Part shown: one piece after another, positions 62,718-64,000 of the stretch
Layout of the letters: every line of letters begins with the position of its first letter
Numbering within the stretch: position 1 is the stretch's first letter
Sequence record: OP617743.1
Length of the DNA stretch: 64,000 nucleotides
Reading direction: 5' to 3' (one strand)
DNA from: Klebsiella phage KP13-26
Made by a program: the position numbers and the translations under genes
Notes under the pieces: model-generated
Told to the model about the DNA's origin: nothing
What the model saw: the letters and a program-made list of their open reading frames with translations, nothing else
Database searches by the model: none

Positions 62718-63338
62718 ATGGGTGTACCTTTTGACCTTAAGCTGGATAGTACAAATGATTTGATTATTGTAGAGGGTGATCTCACCCTCACAACTACCCG
62801 TACTGAAATGGCAGCACAAACTTTAGGAATTACTCTTAAAACCTTTAAAGGGGAGTGGTTCTTAAACACCAATTTTGGTACACCTTATCTTCAAGAGATT
62901 ATAGGTGTAGCTAGGAAAAAAGAAACAGTAGATAGAATATTTTTATCTCAAATTGCTAATAACAGATTTGTAGATAATATTAATAATTATACCTCTAGTT
63001 TTGATAGAGATGAACGTTACTACACTATGGTAGTTAACGTTGCAGTTGGTGAAGACAATGTTACAACTGTTTTCTCTACACAACCTTCTGAAGAATACAT
63101 CTATCCTGAAGTTAGTGACGATGATGCACGAATTACATGTTCATACTTTGGTACTATACCAGATGCAAACAGATTATATAAGTTTATAAATATTGACGGG
63201 TTGCCTGATCAGACCTACTCCACTTGGTGGAATGAATGGGGGAACTTCATATCCCTAGAGCAATATTCATTAGTTGCACAACTAGGGGAAGAGATAGCTA
63301 CTCAGCTTAACACAACATTAAGTGCTAATACAGATTAG
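62718..63338 (+). CDS. baseplate wedge protein (gpW/gp25-like) with a C-terminal extension
   Basis: N-terminus DLKLDSTNDLIIVEGDL ... GEWFLNTNFGTPYLQEIIG matches the gp25/W family. Confidence 0.5.
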   Translation: MGVPFDLKLDSTNDLIIVEGDLTLTTTRTEMAAQTLGITLKTFKGEWFLNTNFGTPYLQEIIGVARKKETVDRIFLSQIANNRFVDNINNYTSSFDRDERYYTMVVNVAVGEDNVTTVFSTQPSEEYIYPEVSDDDARITCSYFGTIPDANRLYKFINIDGLPDQTYSTWWNEWGNFISLEQYSLVAQLGEEIATQLNTTLSANTD

Positions 63339-63602
63339 GTGGATAAGTTGAAAAATTTTATAAAAGGATTACTAGGAAATATTCATACAGGAAGAGTTAG
63401 TTCTACAAAGTTCTGGAATGCAGTAGGATTTTTAACAATGACTGCTATGTTTATTTACTTAGGTATTGAAAAAGAAATTCCCGAGTGGATGGGTTGGGTG
63501 TATGTTTTCATGGTTACGCCTTCTCGATTAATGAATAGTTTGATAGATTTACGTTGGGGCAGAACACCACCCCCTAAAAAAGAAGAGGAAAAGAATGAGT
63601 GA
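63339..63602 (+). CDS. small membrane-associated protein
   Basis: 87 aa with one hydrophobic helix. Confidence 0.35.
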   Translation: MDKLKNFIKGLLGNIHTGRVSSTKFWNAVGFLTMTAMFIYLGIEKEIPEWMGWVYVFMVTPSRLMNSLIDLRWGRTPPPKKEEEKNE

Positions 63603-64000
63603 TTACGGTTTAACAGACGCAGGGTTTGTAATCCCTACTTACGATGATGTGTTGGATAACTATCTAACAGCTTTAAAAAATACATTTGGTGCGGATACAG
63701 CCACGTCTGAAGATACCGTATTCGGACAATTATTCCGTATTATTGCATATACAGATTATACTCTTTGGGAAGGAATGCAAGGAGTATATAACACCCAAAC
63801 ACTAAACGGGGCAGAGGGTGTCTATCTAGATGAAATCTTTTCTAAACGTGGCTTCTATAGAAAAGGAGCCACGACAGGAAGTGGCTATGCTTATATTAAA
63901 ACAGATAAAAGAGCAGCTTGGGATTATTTGGTAGATACCTCTGTTTCTTTTGCAGCAACTAACAGCTTAGATTATACAGTTAGTACAGACACTGAATTAA
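63595..64000 (+). CDS. baseplate J-like protein (N-terminal part; continues beyond the window)
   Basis: ATG at 63595 in an open frame reaching the window end; follows the W-like gene. Confidence 0.45.
   Translation, partial: MSDYGLTDAGFVIPTYDDVLDNYLTALKNTFGADTATSEDTVFGQLFRIIAYTDYTLWEGMQGVYNTQTLNGAEGVYLDEIFSKRGFYRKGATTGSGYAYIKTDKRAAWDYLVDTSVSFAATNSLDYTVSTDTEL

Noticed and set aside
1-64000. CRISPR arrays, integrase/attachment sites, transposase or IS elements
   Set aside because: No regularly spaced direct repeats, no tyrosine integrase and no terminal inverted repeats were seen. The only recombinase is the small serine recombinase at 6403..7065.

Overview
The window is a 64-kb stretch of a virulent tailed-phage genome (AT-rich, Felix O1-like myovirus architecture). 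It has three blocks.

(1) Bases 1-32,090 are a densely packed leftward (minus-strand) early/metabolic block. It encodes NrdA and NrdB, a glutaredoxin, a ThyX-like enzyme, T4-type lysozyme, PhoH, a DNA ligase, a T4 RNase H-like flap endonuclease, a DnaQ-like exonuclease, RdgC, a Dam-type methyltransferase and an HslV-like peptidase. It also carries RmlC/RmlD, a serine recombinase, two HNH homing endonucleases, and an RNA-repair cassette (metallophosphoesterase, Rnl1-type RNA ligase, polynucleotide kinase). Six tandem small paralogs share a conserved C-terminal W-x-S-S-S-x-x-C motif.

(2) An AT-rich divergent control region lies at 32,090-32,377. A rightward block follows with an NAD+ salvage pair (PRPP synthetase and NadV/NAMPT). 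Beyond it is an ~8-kb tRNA array (36.2-44.05 kb): about 25 canonical tRNAs plus several atypical tRNA-like RNAs, an embedded HNH endonuclease, and a Ro60/Rsr-like TROVE-vWA protein followed by a candidate Y-RNA-like transcript.

(3) The late module comprises overlapping i/o-spanins; a large terminase carrying a 158-aa mini-intein in its P-loop; portal, scaffold, decoration and lambda gpE-like major capsid proteins; tail sheath and tube; a G/GT-type -1 frameshifted chaperone pair; a tape measure; and baseplate genes.

Strong sigma70-like promoters (TTGACA-N18-TAAGAT/TAGAGT) and stem-loop-plus-SD junctions recur throughout. All functional calls rest on motif recognition by eye; none was verified by database search.
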